From assembly GCA_026770705.1 (NCBI GenBank), contig JANJGN010000036.1:620001-684000 (forward strand): 64,000 nt of DNA, written 5' to 3'. Every line of letters starts with the position of its first letter. The first letter of the stretch is position 1. Below are positions 49,082 to 62,529 of the stretch, in pieces. The position numbers were made by a program, and so were the translations under genes. Below the pieces are notes generated by a model, which was not told where the DNA came from, searched no databases, and was given only the letters and a program-made list of their open reading frames with translations. The DNA is from Isurus oxyrinchus (taxonomy: Eukaryota).

Positions 49082-52000
49082 TCATCTGCGACCCGCCTTC
49101 TTTTTTGATCTTTTATCCAATGCAGCCAAGTCCAGGGAGGCATAGGGAGGTCCGCCTTGGGTCTGGGAGACATATTAAACATTAACACACGAAAGCAGTA
49201 AAAAGACAGGTCATATTACTCACTTCCGCAACCTCCTTTCACAGAGTCATTGAATGAAGCAGCTCAGAAGAAGGACATTCGGCCCATTTCGTCTGTGCCA
49301 ACTCTTTGAAAGAGCAATGCAATTCGTGCCAATGTAGCCTTCTCTGTCCCCATATGGTTGCCATTATTTACCCTTGGACTGTTTTTTTGTAATTCTTTCT
49401 TGAAAGTTATGATTGAACCTGCTTCCAATGCCCTCTCTATCAGTTTGAGGATATTTTTGCTTCATTTGTCTGAATTACTGTTTTGTAGCAGTGAAGCAGG
49501 ATCCAGAAAGCAACTCGATATCACCAAAGTTTAATCAGAAAACTGGAATATTGAGTCTATCAATTTGATTGGATTGTATTGCTCTAATCAGCCAATCCGA
49601 TCCCCATGTTTCGTGATGCGCCTTCCACACGATTGAATAGAGCCAACAGNNNNNNNNNNNNNNNNNNNNNNNNNNNNNNNNNNNNNNNNNNNNNNNNNNN
49701 NNNNNNNNNNNNNNNNNNNNNNNNNNNNNNNNNNNNNNNNNNNNNNNNNNNNNNNNNNNNNNNNNNNNNNNNNNNNNNNNNNNNNNNNNNNNNNNNNNNN
49801 NNTTTATATTGTGCCTGTCACGAATTAAAGAAGACTCAGCACATTTTACCATATATTTGAAGTGTGGTCTCTGTCCTCAATGCAACGGGGCAGCCAGTCT
49901 GCGCACAGTAAGATCCCATAAACATCAATGTAATAATGACACAGGTTTTTTTTTAAGATGTTGGTTGAGAGATATAATATGAAATGGGCCACCACAATGA
50001 GCTGCTCCCCAACAACCCAAGCATTTCTTGTCATGCAATAGCGGCGGTGCCAACTTTTATATTGTCCTGAGAGGGCAGACAGGGACTCGGTTTATCGTTT
50101 TATTTGAAAACAGCACCTCAGACATTGCAGCACATGCTCTAGTGGTTCAGAATAGATTTTCTGCTCACGTCTCTACATACACACACACACACAACACGCA
50201 GACAAACACAGACACACACACACACAACACAAACACAAACACACAGACACACACACGGAGACACACACACGCACAAACACATGCATACACACGCATAAAC
50301 ACATGCATACACACACATAAACCGACACGCGCAGACACACGCACAGACACACAGAATGTACATGCACAAACACACCATCACGCAGACACACACAGACACA
50401 GAGCACACACAAAAACCCACAAGCTCACACACAGACAGGCACACACACACACTCACACGCAAACACTTTCACAGACACAGACACACANNNNNNNNNNNNN
50501 NNNNNNNNNNNNNNNNNNNNNNNNNNNNNNNNNNNNNNNNNNNNNNNNNNNNNNNNNNNNNNNNNNNNNNNNNNNNNNNNNNNNNNNNNNNNNNNNNNNN
50601 NNNNNNNNNNNNNNNNNNNACACATAAACTCACACAATCTTTCTGCCTGAACTGTCCACTTACAACGGATGTTCATTTTTATTTATCTATAAAACTCCCC
50701 TGAGTTTGACCTTATCTTCATCGTAATTGCATTGGCTAATGCAGTTACTAAATTGGTTGGGACAGGAAGCAGAAAAGTGGGAAATGAGGGAGGGGGATTA
50801 GACTCACTGTAGAGGTAAATGAAAATAGCAGAAAGATAAACATTTCGTTGCTGGAAATCCGCAGTTAAGTCTGGTGGAACATAACTCTATCCTTTGTATT
50901 AACAGATGGGGCGCGAGTCTGGGGGATATGTTCTGATTCCACGTCGAGGGACGAGCGGGATTTGGCAGAAATTTAGATGCTCTGTGACCTGATTTCTATT
51001 AACCACGTGAAATAGCCATCATGGGATTCCTTGCAGTTTATCCCAAAAAAACAAGTGTTTGTATATTATTACAACAATTTAAAAAAAAACTTACCGTTAT
51101 TGCATCCTGAAATGCCTGATTATCCTCTGTTTGACTGTGGTCGCCTGTGTTATTAATGGTTAAGATAAGAATTGAAATGTTACCCCAATCTGGCTAATCC
51201 ATAATTAATTACAGATACACCTTGCGCCAATGATCTGCCAATTTTGCAATTGCCCCAATAACTCAATGGGCCCCAGATGCCAAAGCTCCCCCAATATGTG
51301 AAAAGTCCCTCAATAATTCAGTGGATCAAAATTCGCCATTGGGTGCACAAGCATGATTTACCCCCGGAACCAAGCATCTATTGTCCACCTGGTCTAATAC
51401 TGCCACTATTTGGAACCAGTAATTGGCATTTTTTATAGTGTCCGCAGGCAGCAGAGCGATTGGAGAACATTTTGATGGCAGGGAATGGCCTTAAGCATTT
51501 TTCCAATTCCAGCCACTTGACTTTAATCTAACATTTTCAATTCAACATACCCTTTTGTCGCTCATTCTGTCCCTCTCTTTGCCTTCTCTCTCTCAACCTA
51601 AAATTGGATGCGAACAAAAAAGATCAAACACGTGTTATGTCTTAGGTGGCATAAACGGCCGAGAAGAAACTTGTAGCGCTGCCCTAGAATCAATCTTAAA
51701 GGATTATGGAAAATGTCAGCATATGTCATTGGAATCAGATTTGGGGTTCAACTGGGCGAGACACAATGTTAAAGAAAGGGAGGGTGATCGGATGAGCTTT
51801 TGAAATGGTTCAGTTACTCACTTTTCATTGTGGGATCTCTTGTCTCGTTCTTCTGAAAGCATAAAATGTAATTAGCAATTTTAAATTGCAAGAAGGGAAT
51901 CAGATAAGGGGAACAATTATTCAAATCTTCCCGATATATATTAATCCTCACCTGGTCTGCCGTTTTTACGAATCCAAATGGAAATAAGGACCCAGAGTAC

Positions 52001-53929
52001 AGCCAGTATCACCAGGACAGTTATGAGAACAGGAAGGACCAGCCTGCACCATCCTACAGAGACAAAATACTTAGAACCTGCTGCTCGGTCAATTCATCCT
52101 TTTCTGGGATTCTCTGATGGGAAAAGTGACCGAAATGGAAGCCCAGAAACAGTCCATTCGGACTATCGTGCCAGTGAAGACCCTTTGAAAGAGATGTCTG
52201 ATTAGTCCTATTGTCTCTGCTCTTCCGCCCAAGGACCTGCAAATGTTTCCCCTCCAAGTATTTAGGCATTTCCTCCCTTTTGAATGTTCCTATTGAATCT
52301 GCTTCCCCCATCGTTTTCGGCAGCACCTTCCAGATCACAGCAACTCGCTGTGTTTAAACAAATTCTCCTAATCACCCTCTCTTGTTCTTTTACCAATTCT
52401 CTTCACTGTCTCCTCCTGGTTACCGACCCACCCTGCAAGTGGAAGCAGTTTCTCCTTATTTAATCTATTGAAACATCTCATAGTTTTAGATGCCTCGGTT
52501 AAATATCCCCTCAACCTTTTCTGATCTAAGGAGAACAACACGAGATTCTGCAGTTTCTCCACAATAACGGAAATCCGTCATCGCTGGTCCCATTCTATTA
52601 AATGTCCTCTATATCCTCTCCGAGGCTTTCTTGCTTGTTTCCTGCTTCTAAAGGTCATCCAGTGTAGAACGTACCTCAAATCCATTCCAAGGTGCACTGC
52701 CTTGAAAAAAAGGGTGGAAGAAGGTTCACCAATAATTTTCAGACGGAAATTCTGTTATGACTTGAAGAGGAAAATGTGAAAGGACTATCGGGAAACTGAT
52801 TTCAAAGTCTAATAAAATCCTTCATTGTTGAGATCACCTTCTCACCTGTCCATGTCTCTGCTGATTTGGAGAACAAGGCGCTCTTTATCCAATATTTTCC
52901 CGGAGACCCCAGTTGAACAATACAAGTACAGGCACCACCGCTTCTCCAGGTTTCACTGGACACTATGACGTGACTTCTGATGCTATAGTTCCCATCCGCC
53001 TCCATTGTGCCGGGATCGCTCTGTCCCTCGGTGACCAGGCCAGAAATATTCCAGAAAATTGCAATCTGATTGGAAGAAACTCCACTGACCAAACACACTA
53101 AGGGGACAGTTTCATTCAAATGCAACTCACCAGGAGGGACGAACACCAGCACAGCCGTCTTGTTGGTGGAACTGTCTGGGCAGAGATTGGGACTCAGTTA
53201 ACCATTAATTTGCACCAACTGATAATGCTGTGCATGATCTGAATTCATTTCTCTTGCTCTCTTACCTCCAACCAGTAATGTGGATCCATTCTGTAGCGGT
53301 GCATCACCAAACTTATCAGCACAGTAGTAGTAACCCGAGTCATTCATCTGGACATGGCGAATTTCCAGAATCAACACATTTCTGCTGTTGCCTTTTTTAA
53401 AAATAAACTTACAATCGGCCCCCTGGCAGGACTGGCTGTCGATTAGTATCGGGGCTTCACCCACACGTTGTTTGTACCAGAAATAGCGAGACACCGATTC
53501 CACTTCGTAAATGCACTGAGAAGTTAATTCCACCATCTGTCCGACTTCAGCTGTCATTATGAAGCGGCTCTGAGACAGAGAGGGTTCAGATTCTGCAACT
53601 AGAGGGATTATTGTTACATCACCACTGATTATTGAGAATAAGGAAGCAGCCACTTTGAAGCATTTCGTCCTTAATTTAAGAACAGTTAAATCATTGTCCT
53701 TAAACTTTCTTGGTTAGATTAATTCTCCAATTTGATTTTTTTCGCTTTATAGGATGAACCAGTAAATAAACTCACATGACCAGGTCAAACCCCTTCACCT
53801 GGTTACATTTTTAGCTTAGTAAACACTGATTCTGGCTGATCCAAGTTTAAAATTCTCACCTGCCTCTTACCCACCATAAACTCGCAGCATTTGGAAACTA
53901 AGCATCAGAGATAAAGATCCCTTGGACAT
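49082..53929 (-). CDS. A3: non-rearranging V-C1 type I membrane IgSF receptor, A chain, 342 aa, 8 exons
   Basis: Exons: 53929-53875 leader ([18 protein letters not shown]; needs the GTGGGT donor), 53598-53266 V, 53175-52846 C1, 52053-51952 TM ([34 protein letters not shown]), 51852-51822, 51597-51551, 51144-51095, 49162-49082 ([26 protein letters not shown]). 1029 nt, open. Canonical B-strand Cys is replaced by Ser. Confidence 0.75.
49650..49802. other. assembly gap (N run)
   Basis: Run of N. Confidence 1.
50175..50640. repeat. (CA)n-rich microsatellite containing the gap at 50488-50619
   Basis: Degenerate CA/CAGA repeat. Confidence 0.9.
51952..52053 (-). CDS. A3 connecting peptide (Cys) and TM exon
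   Basis: 102-nt phase 1/1 exon, paralogous to 10009-10110. Confidence 0.82.
52846..53175 (-). CDS. A3 C1-set exon
   Basis: LVCLVSG...IFWNISG...[10 protein letters not shown]...ETW...CTCIVQ; 330 nt. Confidence 0.88.
53266..53598 (-). CDS. A3 V-set exon
   Basis: [28 protein letters not shown]; 333 nt. Confidence 0.85.
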
Positions 53930-56537
53930 CTTGACGCGGTGAGTTCTCCTTGTTTTCGCTCTCACCAGTTTCTTATTGCAGTGTCCGCAGACCAACCTGA
54001 GCTCAGACCCAATGAGTTGCTCCCCTTTCAGATGTGGTGGAAACTATGACGAGCTATGCTTTGGAAAGTGTAACACCATTTTGGGTGCAGTGTCCTGGTG
54101 CATGCCTCATACGTTTGACAGACCGTTGTCACAGCGGTCAAGTGGCAGCATGTCCATAAAAAAAGCTTTACTGGGTTGTGGCTCAGAGAGTGGGGTGGTG
54201 GTGGGAGGGTTGTGTCAATGAATGCTAATTGGCTGGATGAATGTCAGAGTCGCTGGAAAGGCGAGCATGCATCAACCATCCATAATTGTCCCTTGAGAAG
54301 GTGGTGGTGAGCTGTCTTCCTGAACTGCAGCAGTCCCTGTGTTGGGGAGGGGGGGGGGGGGGGAGGGGGGGGGGTAGGATTTCTGGATTTTGAACCAATG
54401 CCAGTGAAGGAACGGCCGCTTAATTTCCTAGGCAGGGTGGTGAGTGGCTTGGTGAAGAAATTACAGTTTGTGCTGTTCCTGTGCTTGCACTTCAAGATTG
54501 TAGTGGTCGCAGGCTTGGAATGTAAATGCCAAGAATTCAAATTGTTAGGATATAATGCTCCATATAATCTATTCTGTGAACAGATTATACAAGATTCGTG
54601 ATACAACCTGGTTAACAGAGAGACTGGAATACATTGGATAAAATGTATGTGGATTGATTTGAATTTTAGTTACTAGTATCTCATTCAACATGCACATTTA
54701 CGAAGAGATCTTGAGTGGAATTCTAATGGAACAAACACGGCCACTCACTGCACTTATCGAGAATCTAAATGAACGAACCTCTTCCAATTCAATATATTCC
54801 TTAAAATGCCGGTGCACCCTCCTCCTTTCTGTTAAGTCACCTTGAGTAGGGTTTCGAATGACTCATTCTGTGATATAAAGCAGCATTGGGGATTATCATG
54901 AATTCAGTGTTCTGAGTTCATTGTTGAATTCTACCTACCAATGATTTGATTGATAGGTCCCGTGAAAAGAGTTTCAAATAAATGACATGTTTCAATTTGC
55001 ATTGCACTGTCAGCGCGTTGCAGCAGTTCATGTGGAAAATTATCTGCTCAGTTATGGCTTTGAAGTTGTTGTTCAACTCCCGTGATGTTACAGTTAACAG
55101 GGTTACATAGAATTTACAGCACAGAAACAGGCCGTTCGACCCAAATGCTCGTGTTCATGTTTATGCTCCGCACGAGCCTCTTTCCGCCCCATCTTCATCT
55201 CAGCCCAACAACATTTTGTTTTACTCATTTCTCCCGCATTTGTTTATCCAGCTTCCTACTTAAATCCATCTCTGCAATAGATTCAGCGTCTTCGTGTGGG
55301 AGCGGGTTCCACATTCTCCCCACCGTCTGGGTAAAGACGTTCCCCGTGGACTGGCTTTATCTCATATTAATGACCGCTCGTTACAGAGGACGATAGGAAC
55401 ACAGGAGCAGGATTAGGCCATTGGGTCTTTCGAGACTGCTCTACCATTCAGTAAGATCATGGCCGATCTGGTTGTGGTCTCAATTGAATTTTCCTGTCTG
55501 CCGCCCTTAGGCTTGAATTCCTTGCCTAACAAATATCTGTCTAACACGGGGCCTTGAATAAATTAAAAGTCCCAGCCGCGACTATTTTTTGGGGAATGAA
55601 ATCCCACACACCAACGACTCATTGTGTGAAAATAATTCTCCTCATCTCTGTCTTAAAATGGGGACAACGATTTTTGATCCATGCCCCTAAATTTGTCCAC
55701 AAGAGAAAACATCCACCGAGCAGCCTCTCTATCAAGGCCGCTCAGGAACTTACAAGAGCATAAGACCATAAGAACTAGGAGCAGGAGTAGGCATTGCAGG
55801 TCCTCGAGCCTGCCCCGCCAATCATCACCATCATGGCTGATCTCATTTCGGCCTCAACTCCAATTTCCCTTCCTCTCTCCATAACCTTTCAACCCATTAC
55901 TGATTAAAAATTTGTCTTTCTCCTCCTTATATATTTCAATACGTTCACCTTTCATTGCTCTAAACCCCAATGGGAATCCATGAATTCGCCGGGATTCCAT
56001 TTTGGATTTATGGATGACCAAGGGTTTTTGAAATCCTGAAGAATTAGAGCCATCTTCCATAAGTCTGCCGAATCCATGATTTTACATACCTCGATCAGGT
56101 ATCCCCTCTATCGCTCCACAAGAGCTTCCACAATATTTTTTAAAGAGAAGAGCACCAGCCGGCCCATTCTTTCCTGATACCCAAACGGTCTCAATTCTGG
56201 TATTATCCTTGTGAAACATTAACTGCACCTTCTCCAGTTTCTCTGTATCTGAATACAGATCATATTTCTAGATCATGCAGAACTGTGCTCTGCACTGCAC
56301 GTGTGGTTTAACTAATGTGAGTACATACCTGGTTTAGCGTGTGACAGAAATTTGGCATGTAATAAACAGGAAAACCGCAGAGAATTGTCACCCTCGGCAC
56401 CATTTTACAACCCCTGTCGTGAATCTGTGTATCTATGAAGAAGCTATTTCACAGCACCTACACACCGAGAAAATGAGAGCGAGTGCTCAGTGAGATTCGG
56501 GTCGGCGTTCAGAGGCTGACGCCTGAAGTCAGGGAAA
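53930..56537. promoter_or_regulatory. divergent A3/B3 intergenic region, candidate shared promoter
   Basis: The ATGs are 2.6 kb apart. Contains CAGATGTGGT (54029-54038), TGACG, TAAACAGGAAAACCGCA (from 56363) and TGAAGTCA. Confidence 0.45.
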
Positions 56538-59500
56538 ATGAGCTTCCTCGGTGTGTGTGCATTGTCCCATCTCTTCCAGGGTGAGATATCCTAACATGTT
56601 CAGATAGAAAGGAGAAGCTTTGGGGTAGACTCAATCAGGAGAAAATCTTTCCATTGGGAGGAAGGTCGGGAACCAGAGGGAAACAGTTTGCGGAGAGGAG
56701 AACGTTTCTGGTAAATCATTAGAGAAAATTATAATCTCTTGAACAAAATGAAATGCACAAAGCCAGAGGAAGATAAGGAGAGGCGAAGGGTGAATGAGAA
56801 AAAATTAACAAAATTGGAAATTTCAGATTGGAAGAAACTCTTTAGTAATTAAATTCACACAGTTCCAATGTGCGAACCCCAGTGATTAAACAAGATTTGC
56901 TGCTGAAAAGACTCGGACGGTGTCTTTGGAAAGACCGGGGTAAACAATGCAAAGAATCGCTTGATCAGCCCGATATGAATCGTGCGCCGGGCGGATGTGT
57001 AATTTTCCGATACAGAATATTTTTTATTAATGATTCTGCCTCCTCCATATCGGGCTGTATTCGCCGGAGGCTGGCTTCGGGGGAGAGGGGTTGGGGTGCG
57101 GGGTGACGGGCTGCAGCATAACCTGAAGTGACCCTTGTTTATTTCTCTCTTGCTCAGTTATTGTGTCTCAGCCCGCCTTGTCCCAGTCTCCGCCGGTTCA
57201 GACACTCCCTGCGGGGAGTCGCGCTAAACTGAGCTGCCACTCAGAAGTTGACACCGTCTTCTGGTACAGACAGCGGGAGCGAAACGACATGAAACTGGTT
57301 TATACAGCGGGCAAGGTTTTTTCAGCCGTGCGGAGGTTTTCCAGCGAGTTTTCTGACAAAGCGGGTAATTCTTCACTGCTCATTGCGGATACCCGGAGAA
57401 ATGATTCTGGAATGTTTTACTGTGCAATCCGCAATAACCAGAACAAGGCCTTAATATTCGGAAATGGCTCCCAGTTAGTGATTACAGGTAAATTTCATTA
57501 TCATTCTATTGCATTGGACATTTCTACAGCACTTTAAATTCTGTGGTTTCAGCTGTTAATGGAGTTTCTGTTTCATTTGGCAAGTTTAGAGGACGCCCCG
57601 AGCATATTTCTCCTCACCCCGCCGCAGGATGAGATTCCCTCCATGGAAATGGTCCCGTTGTTGTGTTTAATCAGAGGCTTGTCGCCCGATTCCTTTCCCA
57701 TCCGCTGGAATATTTCGGGGCGGGATACCGAGGGACAGACCGATTCCGGGACATTTGAGTCGGACGGGACCTACACCATCAGGAGTTACACCAGCCTCTC
57801 GGCGGAAACTTGGAGCAGCGGCGCTCTCTGTACTTGCGCCGTTCAAATCAACTCCAGTGAAACTCTTCTCAGTGCAAGTGTCTCATCTCAGAGAGGTAGT
57901 TATTAACAGTGACCGTTTACCAAACTATTTAATGCTGATGGGAGGCTTTGGCAATTTTGTAAGTTAGAATTGTCCATCTTTCCGTGTGTGTCCATGTATC
58001 ATCATTTTATCAGTGCCCTAGCACAGATCTCTACATCTTTCCGAGTTTAGCTTTTTGAAGTTTTAGCTCCACCTGTTCACTTTAGCCCAGAGAGCTATTG
58101 ATTTTCAGTCACTAAGGGAATAAGGGATGTGAACAGTTCGGGATGTGAATTTGATGTACAACATTAACCATGGTCTTATTTAATGGCGGATCACCTTGAG
58201 GGGCTGAATCATCTCCTGCTCCTATTTCTTCTGTTCTTGTGTCTGGCTCTGCAAATTGACATGGCTGCATGCCAGTGGATGACTTGTCAATGTGGAAAAT
58301 TGAAAGGTTTGATCGCATTCCCAGTGTACCACTCTTATTCGCCATGCCTGTGCACAATTATCGATTCCTCTATCTACTTAACATCACATGTCTCTCTTAG
58401 TTAAACAATGAGGTATATAGTACCTGCTCTATCTGTACCTGTGTCTGTCTGTTTAACTGTATATCCATCACTCTCGCTCTCTGCCAATCTATCCATTTTT
58501 GTCCTAGTGCAGTGTAAGATACCTGTTTTCCTGTTTGTCCGCAAGCCTGTCCGACTCTCTCTGGCTCTGAACCCGTCACTCTAGAACCCACCTTCTCTCC
58601 CTGTCTCTGCCAATCCCTCTCGCTGTTTTTCTATCATTTTTCCCCTGTGTCGCCCTCTGTCTTTATCGATTGATTCATTTGTTGATCTCTCTATTTATCT
58701 CCCCCTCTCTCTCTTTATATTGTCTATTTCTATCCTAGTTAAATGGTGCGTTATGAGACATCTGGGAAATTCGTCTATCTTCCTACATTTTGATCCACTT
58801 CCGTCTCTCTCTCTGTTTCCCTCTGTCTCCCTCTTGCTCTCCGTCTCTCTCTAGCTCTCTGTCTCTATCTCTCTCTCTCTCTCTATCATTTTCCATCTAA
58901 TTAAACCGTTCTATGTAAGTTTTCTGCTCTACCTATCACACTCCCTTCATCTCTCTCTCTATCTATCTATATATCTCTCCAACTATCTCTCCATCCATGT
59001 TTCCGCCCATCTCACCGTCTCTCCACCATCTCTCCTACTACTCTCCCCCTATCCTTATCTCCTCTATCTCTTCCTCCTCTCACCCCGTCCCTCACACATC
59101 TCTTCTCTCACACTCTCCTACCCTACCTCTCTCCGTAACTCCGATCTCTCCCTCTATCCTCCATTCTGCCCATCCCTCCCTCCCAATTTCTCCCTACCAC
59201 GTCTCTCCCCAACACTCACTCGCTCCAAATTTCCCTCTCTCCCCAGCTACCATCTCTCCCTCTCTCTCACTCTCTCCACATCTCGCCCTCTCCACCTCTC
59301 TCCCCAACGGCCTTTTTCTCTGGCATCCCTCCCTCTCTCCCCATCTCTTCCTTTCTCCCTCTCTCTCCCTCATTTCTTACTTTCTGCGCATCTCTCCTCT
59401 CTCCCTCTCCACCCTCTCACTCACCCTTTCCCCTCCTTCCCCCTCTCACCTCTCAACCCCGCCCCAAATATTTCTCCCTGTAATTCTATTCTTGTTGAAC

Positions 59501-61048
59501 AGTTTTGTAGAAGTGATCTCTTGATCACACTCTGTCCATCTCTGGCTTAAAATTTATGTGCTATTAAAACGGTGCTCTATCTGTCTCTCTCTGCCATTCT
59601 CCTTCTATCTCTGTATCGTTATGTCTCTGTGTTTCTCCTATTTAAATCTTGCTCCATAAGGTCGTTGTACTCTCTCTCTCTCTGACTTGCTTTCTCCCTC
59701 TTTTTTTATCTCTTAGAAATAGTGCTCTATCACTCTCTCCCTCATTGCCCTATCACAGATCTCTACATTTTAACATGCTTTTAGAAGATCTCTGCTCTAA
59801 ATTGCTATCAATCTCTCAATCTCTCCTTTATCTCTTCTCCCGCTTTCTTTCTCATTCTCCTTCTGTCTTATTTCAGCTTTGTTCTCTAAGATCTCGGCTC
59901 TATTTCAGGATGATTAAATATGCAAAAAGCAATTTCAGTTTTTGGGCGAAATCATACATTCAGGTTTGTCATTTTGTTCACTTGTTTAATTAATTCCACA
60001 AAATTTCTTTTCAATGAAAGTTTTTTTTTTGCAGATTCTCCGCTAACTGCCCTCTGCATTTTCCTGCTATCCGGGAGTTTGTCGGCGTCAGCGCTGCTCC
60101 TTCTGGGGATGATCTTTGTGGCCGGGAGAAGGAGCTGCAGGAACCGGCAGACAGGTAGCGATTGTTGGGAGACGCTGTAACCCCGCGGCGCTCTCAATCC
60201 ATCCATTTATCAATGGGTTATTGACACTTTCAGTCGGTTCATTGTGAAATGTACCGATTTACGCTCAGTTTATTTTTTACTTTCTAACAGCAAGCATTGA
60301 TGAGGAAGTGACAGATTCCAGAGCACAACGACACAATGAAGAGGTAAAAGAATCGATTTGTTGCTGCACTTCGCACGGATACATCCCAGTGAATTTTAAT
60401 TCAATGTTTAAATTTCATGATTATTGATGTAAGAGAAGGGAAAGCATTGCGTCCTGGGCACTGCAGGATGGCAGAAACTTGTCTTCAATCTCTCTTGTGG
60501 GGCAGGTTGAGGGGTGATACAATTGACGGGCTTAAGATGATAAAAGTGTACGATCGTGTCTACAGAGAGAAGCTATTTGCTTCGGGGGGCGGGGAGGGGG
60601 GCTGGCCGTACGGGAGGAGGGGGCTTGTTGGGGTGGCTGGAGTCCAGGTCGCGGAACCTTAAAATTAGAGCGAGGTCGTTCAGGGGTGATGTCAGGAAGC
60701 ACTTAGTCACACAAAGGCGAGTGGAAACCTGGTGCCCTCTCCCCTCAAAAGCTGTAGAGGCTGCGGGATCAGTTGGAACTGTCACAGTTGAGATTGACAG
60801 GTTTTTGTTGGTTATGGAGATGAAGGATTATGGAACCAAGCAGGGTAGCTGGAAGTTTAAATACAGATCCGACATGATGTATTGAATAGACGTGTGTGTG
60901 TGTGTGTGTGTGTGTGGCGGGGGGGTGGGCGGGGGGGGGGCGCTGAATGGCCTCCTCCTATCCCTGTGGTGATGATGTTCGTTATATTAATAGATTCTAT
61001 TCTTATTTTTCTCCACAGACACTTTATGCCCGCTTGGCCTTCAAGTAG
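56538..61048 (+). CDS. B3: non-rearranging VJ-C1 type I membrane IgSF receptor, B chain, 293 aa, 6 exons
   Basis: Exons: 56538-56580 leader (MSFLGVCALSHLFQ), 57158-57487 VJ, 57590-57895 C1, 60035-60154 TM (DSPLTALCIFLLSGSLSASALLLLGMIFVAGRRSC...), 60291-60343, 61019-61048 (TLYARLAFK*). 882 nt, open. Confidence 0.87.
57158..57487 (+). CDS. B3 V-set exon with joined J (FGNGSQLVIT)
   Basis: LSC, FWYRQ, DSGMFYCA, LIFGNGSQLVIT followed by GT. Confidence 0.92.
57590..57895 (+). CDS. B3 C1-set exon
   Basis: PSIFLLTPP...LLCLIRG...RWNISG...DGTYTIRSY...ETW...CTCAVQ. Confidence 0.9.
58600..59880. repeat. CT-rich low-complexity intron tract
   Basis: Paralogue of 16960-18360. Confidence 0.85.
60035..60154 (+). 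CDS. B3 connecting peptide (Cys) and TM exon
   Basis: 120-nt phase 1/1 exon. Confidence 0.85.
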
Positions 61049-62529
61049 GATCCCAGACTCTCATTGGAGAGGAAAGAGGGAGAGAGATCACAGTCTATTT
61101 ACCGAACATGACGTGCTGTAGAAAGTTTCTGTTGTTGGACGGGAAAGTCAGAAAGTCCAACAGTTGCAAATTCAGGCGCACGTTTGGCGCAATTTCATGA
61201 TGTCGCCCAAAGAGGGAACTGAATAATCTGTTAATGTCCGCTATTCTAACGATGAAGTGTTGCTTGCCGTTCCACTCCAGCCTCTCCTGGTTTCTGTCAT
61301 TTGGTACTCGTGCTTATTAATGAATTCTGCAACTTTATATAGTATGTGAGCAAGATACTATTCAAATGGGGTTTGCGATGTATCTGTGCTCGTGTTACTA
61401 CATACTTAAACAGATTTGAAAACCGATGACTGCTCTGTGATTCGATTTTTTTTTGATCATTCAGGCCAGATGCGCCCAGGTTACCTCTGAGGCAAATTTA
61501 CAAAGTAATTTATAGAGGGAATGTAAGGACGATAGAAGTAGTGTTAAAGACTGACAGGTACTGGATGGGGACTGGGGCTGCACTGATATGAACGCTTCAG
61601 TGTTAGTTGACCCCGAGCCTTCACTAGTTGTGTCCTGGGAGTGAACAATGTTATATTTGCTCTTGAAAGAAGATTATTTACAATCCATCTGCCCTTTTGA
61701 CAATACAGTGGATTTTACCGACTTAAGTCACTACTTTGCAGACACTTTAAGCACAGGGCAGTTGACCTTTCACCGTAGTGCCATCTCTTTGAAGGTGCAC
61801 TTTTGTCCTACACCCCAGCTGTCTCCACATGAACCTTAAAATTATTCCTCTTATTACACTTACCAATAAATGTCAGCATCTATCCCGCTTGCACAACTCA
61901 TCCACTGTGACTGACAGCAGCTTGCTGGCGATCTTAATAATTCTCAAGTGTGAACGCAATTCTCTCCTCACATTAGAAAGTCCATCAAACGCGTATGTTT
62001 GAGATGATTTTTCACTGGGTTGATGTTATATATTTCTGTGACAACTTAATGTCATAACTATTAAAAAACTGGCTTGGGAACCCTTGGTTAGCTGAGGGCT
62101 GGATAGTTTTGTTGGCGATTAAACTCTGATCTTTATAAACCCTGGTGATTCCTGTTCCGAATGGATGGAAACATTCCCAAATCAGTGCCGGCTTATTCTG
62201 CTGTAAACACACATTCTGCACAGAAATACCGAGAGTATTTTGGGAAACTTATTACAAGATGCAGATGGTAAAGGTCATTCTGCTAAACACAGCTCATCCG
62301 CCCGGCAATGTTCTGTCCTCCTCAACTTGCAGGAAAACACCTGTTTTTTAAATTTAAAAAATCAGGGGGTTCGCAACCGCCTCCCTATTGTCCCCAGCCA
62401 GAGAACCATTCTTAGAGCTGATCACTCTGTGTGTCAGTGACATTCAGACATCAGTCCTAATATCCTGAATGGCTAATCCGACCGAAACATGGCAGATGGA
62501 GAAGGCCATTCGGTTCCTCTCTTGACAAA

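Noticed and set aside
5107-61048. Rearranging TCR or Ig locus
   Set aside because: There are no separate RSS-flanked V/D/J segments. Each V is tied to its own C1 by a 90-102 nt intron, the TM cores lack the TCR charged residues, and the tails are multi-exon with tyrosine motifs.
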